From NCBI GenBank assembly GCA_036172245.1, contig JAYWIR010000001.1:8804001-8868000 (forward strand): a stretch of DNA of 64,000 nt, written 5' to 3'. The DNA comes from Raillietiella orientalis. Lineage: Eukaryota. A program made the translations under genes and the position numbers. Below the pieces are notes generated by a model, which saw only the letters and a program-made list of their open reading frames with translations, did no database searches and was not told where the DNA came from. This document shows positions 1 through 11,800 of the stretch, piece after piece (positions within the stretch are counted from its first letter, which is position 1; each line of letters starts with the position of its first letter).

Positions 1-2181
1 GTTAGGTGGGGTATTGGATGTTGAGCTGATAACAACAGATTTGATTTGGCAGAAGACGTTGTGAGAATATAAAATATAATCTAGGAGGGCCCTGAATCAT
101 CTTCCTGTTCTTTCTTCTTCTGATGATATGATAGGCTACAGGAAAAGAGAAAGCTCCAAGCATCCGTCCGCTTGTCGGTCTGCAGGGAGACGCCTCCAGA
201 CAGGGCTAGGCATGGGCATCCCTTAGCCAAAAGACTGCCAGTGGCAGCAGCATCGTTGGAGAACGGAGGAAAGCACAGGAAGAACACAGGAAAACATGAG
301 ATGCAAAGGGCTGTCCTCTGATTCGTAAACATGTTCTATGGGTTGTTATGATACAACCACATCGAATACTTGGCACGTTCGAAGTAGGAACTGCATCACT
401 GCTGCACGATTGAATCGGAGTCTTTATCCATTCCGTACGCACACTGCATTTCATCCACTTGATGCTCCATTGTGTTTTATGCGGGCTTACTTGAAGACGC
501 TTCGCAATCCAAGTACACGAAACGGTCGATCAGTTAGTGTATCAGAAGGGGCTCCCCTTGCAACACCATGAACGCAAGTAAAACCTCCTATGATGAAAAT
601 ATGAAAAGGGGATGATTGAGCAGATCGGTGTAGTTGATTCCTCTCGATTTTCTCATCCTCACCGTTCTCCGCGGGAGACAAACAGAATCGGAATGGAGCA
701 AAACTGGTTTCGCAGGCGAGATGCTAACAGACCAGAATTTTCGGTTGCCCCGAGAGGCACACGAGGGTGAGCCCACTGTGGAAACTACCCGTTCACTGAT
801 GTATGTGACGCAAGCCCGGTTAACGTAGCGTAACCACGTTTGGTGCTTGAAACGTTGCGAAACCTTTCCGAAATTTGTGAGGGGACTCTAGGAATGGCGG
901 GGGAAGGGGGAGCTAGGAGCAGAATTGAGTTCCCTCCGTTGTTGCTGCACATTCGTGTCAAAGCTTCACATCATGGAATGCATCTCCTGCATGCTCAGGA
1001 GAGGTTTCCCTTTCTGAAAGGCTGCTTCCTGATTCATAAGCATGTTCTATAAGGTTGCTATGACACACTGCATTAAACGCGAAATGATCTTCACAATGGT
1101 GGATCACCTCGGTCGACGTACGAAGCGCTCTTCGCACCGAGGAAAGTGCTTTTTTACTTTTATTCTTAAATGCCTGAGTTAAAACCCGACCGCAGTGTTC
1201 ATCGAATGGAGTGCCATCTTATCTACTTTCTTTGAAATTTTTTCAACGATTGCGATTTCTAAACCCTCTATTCCATTTTGGAAAGGCTCCGCAAAGGCCG
1301 ATGCAATAGCAAGCGGCTCAGCTACTTCTGTCACATGATGGAGCTCCTAAGCTGCTCCACTCTCATCAGCTAACGCGCATGACGCAAAAGCAGATAAGAT
1401 TCCGGGTATGTCATTAACGCGTAAGAGAATTGGTTCATTCTCAATCACTACAATCTTGAAACTTGACAGTAAATAAGCGAAAATAGTCCGGATTCTCGCC
1501 TCAGGCTTGCGTGTGCGTCCTTTCGAATGAAACGTGTGCCAACCCCTAAAGGTTCCATTGGTCCTGGAAACGTGACCGGCACTTCACGAGCTCATGCACG
1601 TAAGCAAGCGAAATGGTTGTGAATTCGCCGAATGCACGAGGTTGGCAAACGTCCAGTGAAGAATCATGAAATCGTGGTTCGCACCTGAGCCACATCATTT
1701 CGTCGGTGCGAACACGCCGGGTTCCGTCCTTCCGACGTGCCAAAATGGAACGAGGTGCCTCGAAATGGACGTGAGTGGCGCGAAATAGGCAACTCCGATC
1801 AACGTAGAGGACTTCTTCCCTCAAGTTGAGATCTCGTCGCTGATTAGCAAAAGAAGGAGGTTTCTCTGTTTCAATGTGCCGAAATAAGTACTTCGATGTA
1901 GTTCCACAGAGGCTGCTACCACCTTGGTTCATGCTGGCCTTTGCTGAAAGAAAACTCCAGGGAACCACTTGAAAGAACACTGAAGCCAAAGGGGCAGTAT
2001 TCCGTATATTCCCCACACTGCACAACTTCGTGATTGCTCTTCTTGTATTTTTTTGACTTACGCTTGTCAGCAAGTCTCAGTGTACTTGCGAGCGCGCAAG
2101 GGCGGGAGCTGTAATCAATTCTACCAAATCAGGTAGCTCTAGGGGTTTCCTTGGATCTTGACTTGGGACTGTGTTAGGTGT

Positions 2182-2712
2182 CTTGGCGTTGCACACAGTA
2201 GGCACACAAACACCAAAATGAACGAACTGGTTTTCAAAGGGATGCTCGAACTCCGTCTGGTTGTAGATGTTCTGCATCACCATCCACCATGGACTTAGCG
2301 CCAAAGTCGAGTCCCAGTGGTTCTCCAGCTGCGAAACGACAAGCTGTCTTCACGTGCTGCCGGTCCTCCTGCCTACCTGCTGGCCGGAACAGCACGTCAC
2401 TGAGTGAACAAAGAGCACATTTTTGCTATCTCCGGTGCTCTCTTGATTCGATCTCTTTTCCACACACGAGCCACATCAAGACAGCTCGAGCAGCAGTGCA
2501 GCAGTGCAGTGGTATCCGGGGTGCAAATGACATCTCTGAACAATCGTAACACGGTGAAGATTTTTTCGGAAGGAAAACCAGCAATCACAAATCCTCTCAT
2601 CCTGACCCAAACCAGCTCCAGACTGATTCCACGTAAGATGGGATCGAATCGTCCAACCAGGGAAATGATCTCGCATCGCCCCTTTGATTTCGTTCTCCAG
2701 GTTTTCAAGGAC
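2182..2712 (-). pseudogene. Two relic fragments resembling the NRF domain of NRF-6/O-acyltransferase-like proteins
   Basis: 2328-2182 follows a CAG acceptor and reads LENHWDSTLALSPWWMVMQNIYNQTEFEHPFENQFVHFGVCVPTVCNAK, which contains an NRF-like GVCVPxxC motif. 2712-2579 reads VLENLENEIKGAMRDHFPGWTIRSHL...ERICDC, a plausible continuation. No complete gene is visible. Confidence 0.35.
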
Positions 2713-2804
2713 ATATCCCTCTAGAGGTTCCAGCACGTGTACTTTAAGAATCCCACCATTTTTTTTTTTTTTTTTGCTTCCTCCTGATCTGTCGCACAAC
2801 CAAC

Positions 2805-2900
2805 CTTTCCTGAAACATTTGTGTGTGTCCGAAGGATGATCTGGAAGACGTATCCGGAGGTGACTTCCTGACTCGCAGGAACAGTTCGAGCACAGGCAAC
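2805..2900 (-). pseudogene. Isolated exon-like relic resembling the C-terminal half of a CUB domain
   Basis: A 96-nt phase 0-0 block bounded by CAG and GTTGGT reads VACARTVPASQEVTSGYVFQIILRTHTNVSGK. This is similar to the CUB consensus C-G-x-x-x-P...S-S-G...F-R-T-D-x-S-V-S-G-K-G-F. Confidence 0.3.
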
Positions 2901-5839
2901 CTGGGAAGATGCGCATGGGAAATCCTGTACCTTGTTCAGTAACTTGCAACCTCGCGCTGTTCGTCACGTTTTGAAATTGAAAAGTTGTTTTTTTTTTAGA
3001 ATGTTTCTAAATGAGAAACGTTCTTTTTACAGGTATCAGCAGAACATTTTTCTTTTGCATAACACGGTAGGGATTGCTCTTTATTCGTGACTCGGGGGGT
3101 TTCAATGCTACGAAGGCAACGCAAGCACTTGAATTTGTTTATTACCTCTAAAAAGGAATTCGCGTTATCACACTATGTTATTTTTTTTTTTACAAAAGGC
3201 GTGTAGAAACAGCCCCGAACACACCATCCCAAGTCGACAGAGCACCACAAATTACGAGATGCATGTGCACTTGCATGCAGATATGCAGCCTCCATGTGAC
3301 CTCCTTTGGAGGGTTTCCCGGTTCGAGGTGAGGCGGCAGACGTGAAAACCGTACCTTTTCGACATCCTCCAACGCTCACCAACTCGCGAAGATCACCTAA
3401 AATTCAGCGCCAGGAGCGGCGTTTCCGTATTTTCCGAGTAAATGAAGCCGTTGTTTGAATCATATTCCTGAAAATTTCCGATTAGCTGAGTACTACCACA
3501 AGATATTCGAAAACTCTCTTGTCGCTTGCTCGTTTGCTATCAGCCCTCTCCTTCCCCCCCCACCCCCGCCCCATATCCAACAAATCCAGGAACCGTTGTG
3601 CTTATCTTGCTACAAATGACTTTTACTGATGTAAAACGAACATACATCGACGTGCATAGGCACTGGACCAATTCGTACTGTACAAAATTCAGCCCTGAAT
3701 TTCGAAGCAGTGAACGTTTGTAAAACACTGCATGTGTGGGTATGATAGGTAGAAAGCCACAATTCGATCAGAAGCTCGTCATTCCCAATTCCATAACTGT
3801 AAAAGAAAATGGTAGCATTTCAATCCACAAATCTAAGCAGCTGGCATACCGAATGGCCTGCTTGCTTTGCCTCCAAACTGTTGGTTTCTTTTCTTTCTTT
3901 CTTTTTTACTTTTTACGCTCACTTTTTTGTTTCGGCTTCTATCCAGAGACTTCAGCCGAGGATCCCAGAAAAGCTTTCTTGGCCATTCTTTTCCTCTTGA
4001 CGTATGGAGTCCTCAACGAGGATGGTTTTGGCAAACTTTTGTGACTTGGTGAACGGAGGCGAACCAGCAGATAACGAATTCCATCTGCACACCAGTCGGT
4101 CCTCAGCACGCTGAGGACCGGCGTTTCCTTTTTTTTCCACGGGCATGGTTGCCACATCATCTGTCTAATACCTACGAGTTGCACTGCCACGATTCACGGT
4201 TGGCTAACTCCTCCAAGTTTGCTCCCTGCAGCCGGGGGGGGCACATCCCGTGCACCTTTCCTGGAATCCGGCGCTGAAGCGACAGACGTCGCTGGCCCTC
4301 CAGCATTTTCCGCGATTCGATTCCTATCTCCCATACTGCACGGGCACGGAAATGCGAACATGACAAGAACAACAAAAAACTGTCCAAGGACTCTACCACT
4401 CTCTCCAACACGTATGCGCATCTCTTGCCAGGGTTACACGACTACTGCGTTATCCAACCAGCGTTAAATCAGCATCTCGGTTGACCATGAATGGCGGCGA
4501 CTGGAGTACGTTCATCAATGAAACTCGATTTGGCTCTGAAAAGTGGCACACGGGCACGCTTGTGCACGCGCCCTTCACGGAACGCACGGTGCGTAACGAG
4601 CACGGAGTGGGGACCGTGCACGTCGGAAAATGGATCTGTAGCACCGGCGGCCTCATCCAATTAAACGGGCAGAGCAATGCTCACTTCGATGACTTGGCAG
4701 GGCGAGCTCAAGACCTTCGGAATCATAGCTACACGAAGACGCATAGGTACTTTATTCAAGGAAACAGTAAAGTGGACATTTGACTGTTCTTAGTAATATC
4801 GGCAGAGTGGATACAAACATTTTGTGGTTGTTGGTGGTGGTGGTCGTGTCTTACTTTTGACCAGCTCGTTCGTACTCTCCCCAGCCACGTCACATTTCAC
4901 AATTGGACACCTCTCTCCACTGATCACTTACTTTGCTCTCTCGCAAACTGAAAAGATGTTGGCAATTAAATATGCTTCGACCACTCATTTTCGGCATGCG
5001 ATTTATCTGCTTGCTACTCTTCCTCTATTAATGAAAATTACATATTCAAATCATCAGTCTCTTGGGGTTCGATGTTCCGCTCACAAAAACAAAGGCGCAA
5101 CTATTCGGACACAACCAGAACTTTTCCTCTCCAAAAAACAATCTGCGTTTTCTTCACTCCTTGCTTTCTGATGGAAGGGCTAGTTATGATAGGCACCGTG
5201 CCTCAACCTTAAAGTTGCTAATTCTGAACTCTTTTGCACTTTGCATTTCCGTACTACCTTCCCTCTGGCACCTTGCATTGAAATACACTCCACTTCTATC
5301 CACCTTGAAATGCCATTTTCTGATTTCTAATTCCTTCCATCTTCCCGCACTGGCGATAGGCGGGTATATATGCCCCCGTGTTCACTCTGCAAGTATGTAC
5401 CTATTTGCGTGAGTGGGAACATTCACCTCTGACAAACAGAATTATCATTGACAATATACGTTGTTGGGGCAAGGGAAGGGATGTGGCGAATTTCTGCGCC
5501 AAGTTGCATACGCTGTACTACATATGTGTTGAACTGTTACTCAGTTTCGTTTTGACTACTGGTGTCAAAAAACTGAGAGATCATTTGTTAATTTGTGTAA
5601 AATTTGGAAATACAAGTGGTAAACTCTGGTCTGTCATTTATTCTGCACCACATAATATATTTTATAGAAATAACTGTAACAAGTAAAATTATTGCATGCC
5701 TGCTACCGCAGGAATCATGATTTCTAAGCAAAGATGTGCACAAACTGCTTGGTCAAAGGCTGTTTGTTTTAGGCACTATAGCTATTAACACTGTTCATAA
5801 GGCTATATCACTGGAATTAACAGAATCACAGAAAGGTAT

Positions 5840-8800
5840 TCAAGGAAACACTACTGACTCTTCCTGAAAAACAAAAACAAAAACAAGAGGGAAAAAAAAA
5901 TTCTTTTTGCCCTCCCCCTAAATCAGCCATTGGCGGACTCACTCACCTGAGATATACAGGGCGAAACATTCTGTTCACATGCAACTGCAGTGTGCTGGAG
6001 CTGTTGATGATGAAACCACTGAATTTGTTCACGAGACACATTCAACTCTTTTCTTAAACGATCGTATTCCTCTTCCCGTTGAGCAACCACTTGAAGTAAA
6101 TGGCTCAATGTACCACCCAAAGGAATTACAATTGTCAGCAGTTTGTTAACAGGTACACCTAAAGGTTGTGGTCCAACAGGTGAGGAAGATGCTACAATGC
6201 AATCTTCGTCTGTAACTGTCATCGTATCTTTTGTAAGGTGCTGAAGATTCAGAACTAATAGAAACATTCAGAAAGAAGCGACAGAGCATTGCAACACAAA
6301 CCATGATTGAAAGAGTCATATATCAGTTCACGTGGACCCTTTTGCTGCATATCATCAAGTGGTACCATGTCTGTGAGATCTGGCTGCTTACCAAGGGATC
6401 GGGAATACAATGTCTGTACTGCTTGCTGATGCAAGTCAGTCAACCCTTGATTAATCTGCTCTACAGTTCGTTTCATTTGTTCTGAATTCATTTCATTTCA
6501 TTAGTCAGCTGCCGCATGCTGTTTGCAAACCTTTTTGAGTGAGAACAGATTCTGCGGTAAACACTGTGTCCTGGGAGACACGTATTTCTGATGGTTCAAT
6601 TAACTGGTCGCTTTCAACGATTTGGAAAATTTCGACTCTGTGAAAAGCATCTTGCACTGAACTGGCTTCTGCAATTGTTTTACCCATGCAGGATTTGTAG
6701 TTACTTGGAGCTCATACCTTGTTTTTCTCCTGCCTCGATACCAGAGCTATCTTTTCCGCTAAGAGCAGACTCATCCGAAACTTCACTACATTCACCTTCC
6801 TCACTTGAAAGAACAATGTATGGAAAGCACACAAAAGCAGACTTACTTCCTTGAAGCTTCAGCCGAGGATTCCAAATTAGCATCCACATCTGTGGGCGAC
6901 AGCAAATTTTCAGACTGAACACAACATTCTTTCTGGCTAAAGGATTCCATGACTTCTGCGAATCGGGACAACCAACTATACAGAGCACAGACATGGCACT
7001 TTGTGTAAGATTTCATACTCACGTTTTGCGCTCAGCTGGAGTGGCCACTTCTAACTCATACATCAAGCTCATTTCATTGGAGCTGCTGATAAGAAAAAAA
7101 CGGCGCTTGTCTGAAATTCACTGTAGCAAAAAGCAATACAAGAGCACAACAAACCTGCTGCTACTTGACGCACTAATAAAGACGAGTACATTACAAGTGG
7201 GCTGTTTGTCTTAGTTACTTTAGGGTCCTTTCCACTAGCTAACCCGACGGAATGAAATTTCAAAACAAGTTTTTCGTCCTGCTTGTGCAGTAACATCATA
7301 AAATCTTCAAAGAGCACCAAATGCAAATCAACACATCGGCGGTTTATAGTATGCCACACTACAGAGCCTTCATATAGCATACGAAATTGGGAGAGGTCTT
7401 TATGCTAAAAGAACCAAAATAACCAGAAACTGTATGAAGCAGGCTCACTCTATATTCAGCAGCAATCGGGTGATCCATTTTGTCGAAAGGAGTGCGATCC
7501 ACACGTTTAAGAATCTCTTGCAGTCGGTGATTATTTTCTGTTTCCTTCACAGTTTGATTAACGAAATTCAAAATTTGTTTGCTGCCTTCCCACGCACGAG
7601 ATATTTTCTCACATTCGTCAGTGTCAGAGTCTGTATACTTCATCAAGTTCTCCAAAAGAAGGGGATACTTGGTAAGTCTTTGCATTCCCATTGGAATGAT
7701 ATCACGCAATCTTAACCTTCGACATAAAGGATTTGATTCTGCTTCATTCAGAAAACTACTCAATTTATGATCTCTCCTTATTCGAGATTTCAGCATGTCA
7801 AGGCCCAAAGACTGGGATTTGCAAAATTGGGCTGCAGCAATTTGAAACTCATCTCCTTCAAACTATAACAGAAGCAAAGTATACATAGCATTATTGTTCG
7901 AATGGTTCATTTACCATCTCTAACATGAGATCACCAACATTTCTCACAATAGAGGATTGCCTCTTTTTCTTCTTCATGTTATCGTTAAATTGTGAATGCA
8001 ATTTTAACATTTCCTCTAGATTAGAAAATAAAAGATCGATGAGACTGACTGGAAGCAATTGGGCTTCTTTCATCGGAGTGTAAAACACGGTTTGCAATAC
8101 TCTGAGGTTACGTACATAAGTTCGTTCGGTGTGGAAAAATTCTAAATAAAAATGTAAACGTCAGTACTAATTAACCGCATTATTTACCATTGATGACATC
8201 TTGCCGTTTCCTTTCTTTGGGAGTGAGTTTTTCTACCATTTCCCATTCTACATCCTTTTGCCAATCAGGGGGATCGGGCTCGATTTCAAAATCCGAATCG
8301 TTTTCCAGAATCGGATACGCTACTAACGGGGATCCTCCATTATCGAATGAGACTGCAGACTTGTTGCTAACAGAAGTCTCCGCTAAGCTAAAAGTGTCGC
8401 CCAAACTCCTACATAGTAAACAGAGAAACAACTGAGTTCTTGACCTTACCTTTGTGAACTGGAATTTGAAGAATTGTCTGAGTTTGCATAATTAACTGAA
8501 GAACCATCCAATGTCCCATCACTAAGTAAATAGTACGGAATAATTAATATGAACAAATACGATCCCGCATCAAATTAGCAATCATTTACGGTCCTCGTTT
8601 TTCGAAGAAGAGAACACGGACATGCATTTTCTGGAAGCAAGCTCACAAATTTTCTAAATTTTGGGCTCAAAAGTATCGATCATATTCGTCCTTCAAAAAC
8701 GCGACATTCACTTTTGACGTTATCGTGAATCAACCTATCTGTGTAACTAAAAAAGCACTGGATAGTTATTTAAAAAAAAAGGACGGGTTCGAAAAAAGGC

Positions 8801-11800
8801 AAAAAAAAAAAAGTCTTCAGCACAGCAGCACCGGAATAAAACTGTCTCGGTAACTTGAACTTCTCCCTTAGACACTATTTGAATACCGAAACGGTGACTA
8901 TTCACGTTATGTACCCTACTGCATTTGTAGAGATCGGCTCACAAAACATGAACACATATGTTTTCACATATCACATTTCCTACAATATCTTCTCGACAGA
9001 CACATAAAACGTTTCCACATAATTTCTTTTCACTTACAAAGCCGTCTAAAAAGAGTACGTGTAAAGAAAAGTGGGAAACCCGGGAAATATACGAATCATC
9101 AGAAGAGATGTCTTTAAGCAATAAGCATGAAATTATAGATAATAAAACAGCTAGCAAGGCTGCTTTTTCTTTGAAAGAATTTAGAAACAAACGCCTACAC
9201 ACTAACGAGTAACGTTTCGTGGAAACAATTTACAATATCAACCATTTTTCCTAATTAATGTATATTACAAAAAGCGGAATTTCGAAAATCCTTCATGATG
9301 ATCGTTACACTTTTTAATGCCCTCCATTGCGACTAGAAACCTTTAGATGGAGGAGGCACAATCTAAATACGACCGTGAAATTTATTACATCTACATCGTG
9401 AATGCATCGATGCATAAGAAGTTCCAATAGAGAACGCCTGACATCACTGTACAGAAATAAGTGACGTTACACTGAACAAAACAACAACTCCATAAAAATC
9501 CAACAACCCCTCAGGAAGTACGCTGATCAACGCATGCCAAGAAATAGAAAAGGAAAACCTCTGTCACAGCCTCTCTTTCCAAACAAGACGATATCTGGCT
9601 GATGACGCGTCGAAAACGATCATAAGCAAACTGACAATCAAAAAGAGCAACACATTCATTCCTAAGCAAATCAGAAGAACACGGAAGTAACACAAGCAAA
9701 TCCATGAGACCCTCGTGGGTATTTTTCAGGATCCTATGGCTGCTGCTGGAAACTGTAACTTACTGTTTTTAACTGTTTTCTGCTAAAACACTTGTGATGT
9801 ATCGTTTAATCATACCGGGCTCAATTAATATCAATTAACGAATCGTCACTTCTCCGAGTATTCGACTTACTGATTGATCACAACAAGCATAAACGTGCAT
9901 TTGAAAAAGAAAAAAAAGGGTGCAGTTTATTACATAATGGAATGAAACTTAAGAGACCACAAAAACAAGATCTAAAAAGGCTGCAAAGGAAGCACAGTAC
10001 TGCTTCAAGAAGGATTTAAGAAAGCATAGCTTGCGTGCAAAATATTTTGGAGCTGCAATAGATTTGCATTCGAGGGTTTCTAAAGTTTCCATTAGTTCTA
10101 AGAGAAGCTTGATTAAGAACCGTTTCTTGAGAAGCTGCAGTTCAGTGTTCTGTTCCCATGTTTATACAGTAGGCAAACGCAGAAAATCTGGCATGTGACA
10201 CCAACACACGCACTTTGCTCTTTTCCTTGCAATGTTTGCGTTTATTACTTCTTCGTTAATCATACCCTGGAGAGGAGGGGGAAGTGATGCTCCAAATGAA
10301 AGGAGCAAATGCAACACAAGAAATCACGTGATCCACAACAGTTTGCACCCCGAGTACCAAGTAATGATGAAATCTCGAAATTGCGCTACATTCATAAAGA
10401 ACGCACTGGTCCATACTGAAAACTTTAATTGCATACAGCTTCCATGATGCATCTCGAATACCATGGAAAAATACTGTGCTGAAGAAAACTGAAATCAGCT
10501 CGCAAAGGTATTACGTTGGGGCTTTCCACGGAAGATACGATTTGCGACTTCTCTTTGCTCTCTTCATTGACAGATTCTAAAGTCCCATGAAATGTCATTG
10601 GATACGTCTGTGAAGCTTCAACGAGGCCCCCCAACAAACTCTCCATTGCGGTCGATTCGAAACATCGATTTGGATTAATGGCTTTAATCACCGTGTTTAT
10701 TAGGTTACATAGTCACTGGAATTAAGGTTAGCGGTGTTTACAAAGTATCGTGAAATAGATCTTCAGGCGGATTCATTTTCAGATGTGACACTTGAGTCAC
10801 GACTCATTCATTCATTCATTCACAAGCAAACATCGTAACCTTCAATGAAATCCGAGCATCATTTTCTGACCTCGGCTAATTTAACGAGGGGACACCGGAA
10901 TGGCAAAAGTGATCGGGCATTTTTGTGATGGGCTGTGCGACAAACATGACGACTTGGTCTGAATATAAAAACTTGAGCATCTTCGATGATCATTACCTCC
11001 TCTCAATGATATCCTGTCTGAAATTAGTCCCATGTTCGGTGATATACAATGTATACGCACATACTTTACACCGCGAGCATACGTATTCTGAATACATTTT
11101 TACTTATTTTTACAACATTTCATCGAAAACCTTACACTACGTATGAAAAGAACCACAATGTGGAATGCGTGAAAAAATACCGAAACCAATGAAATCACAT
11201 AAATGGAGATCTACTGTTTATCAAAAAAAAGAGCGACATGGGTAGAAAGAAAGAAGAGAGAGCGAGAAAAGCAGTTCTCCACATCAGCTTGAAAGCATGC
11301 TCTTCTTAAAATAAAACTGTTACAGTACCAGCAGCATTTCATGATGACCGTATTTAAGAGCCTTTTAGCAATCCAATATACAAACGTCTGGAACTGTATA
11401 ACGACCTCCTTTATCTTGTTTCAATTTACACTTATCTAAATAAAGTCTATTTGGAAGGGTATACATGTGTCGATGAAACATTTGGATGTTGAAGACCGAC
11501 ACCACGATCCCAGAAAAGAAAACAAAACTGTGGAAGCGGGGCGTAAAATCGGAATACGAAGTTACAGATCTCAAGGAAGCAAAGGGAAAATTATATTTGT
11601 TAGAAAAACGCATTACTGTTAACAAATACGAACATTACAGGAGCTCCAGGAGAATTCAGAGTTTTATATGTCCATACACAAGGGACGATTCATGAAATAG
11701 AAACACAAACAAGGGTGTTCCACTAAATTTATGGGATCAGGAAATTTACTCAAACTAAATAATGTGACCATCGTGTGCCGATTCCCCCCCCCCGAAATAC

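Noticed and set aside
222..233. 12-nt match (CTTTTGGCTAAG, minus strand) to the U2 snRNA 5' region
   Set aside because: The flanks do not match U2, and a match this short is expected by chance.
6371..6391. 21-nt in-frame GTAAG...CACAG segment in a RhoGEF2 exon that looks like a micro-intron
   Set aside because: The frame is open through it and 21 nt is implausibly short, so it is treated as coding.
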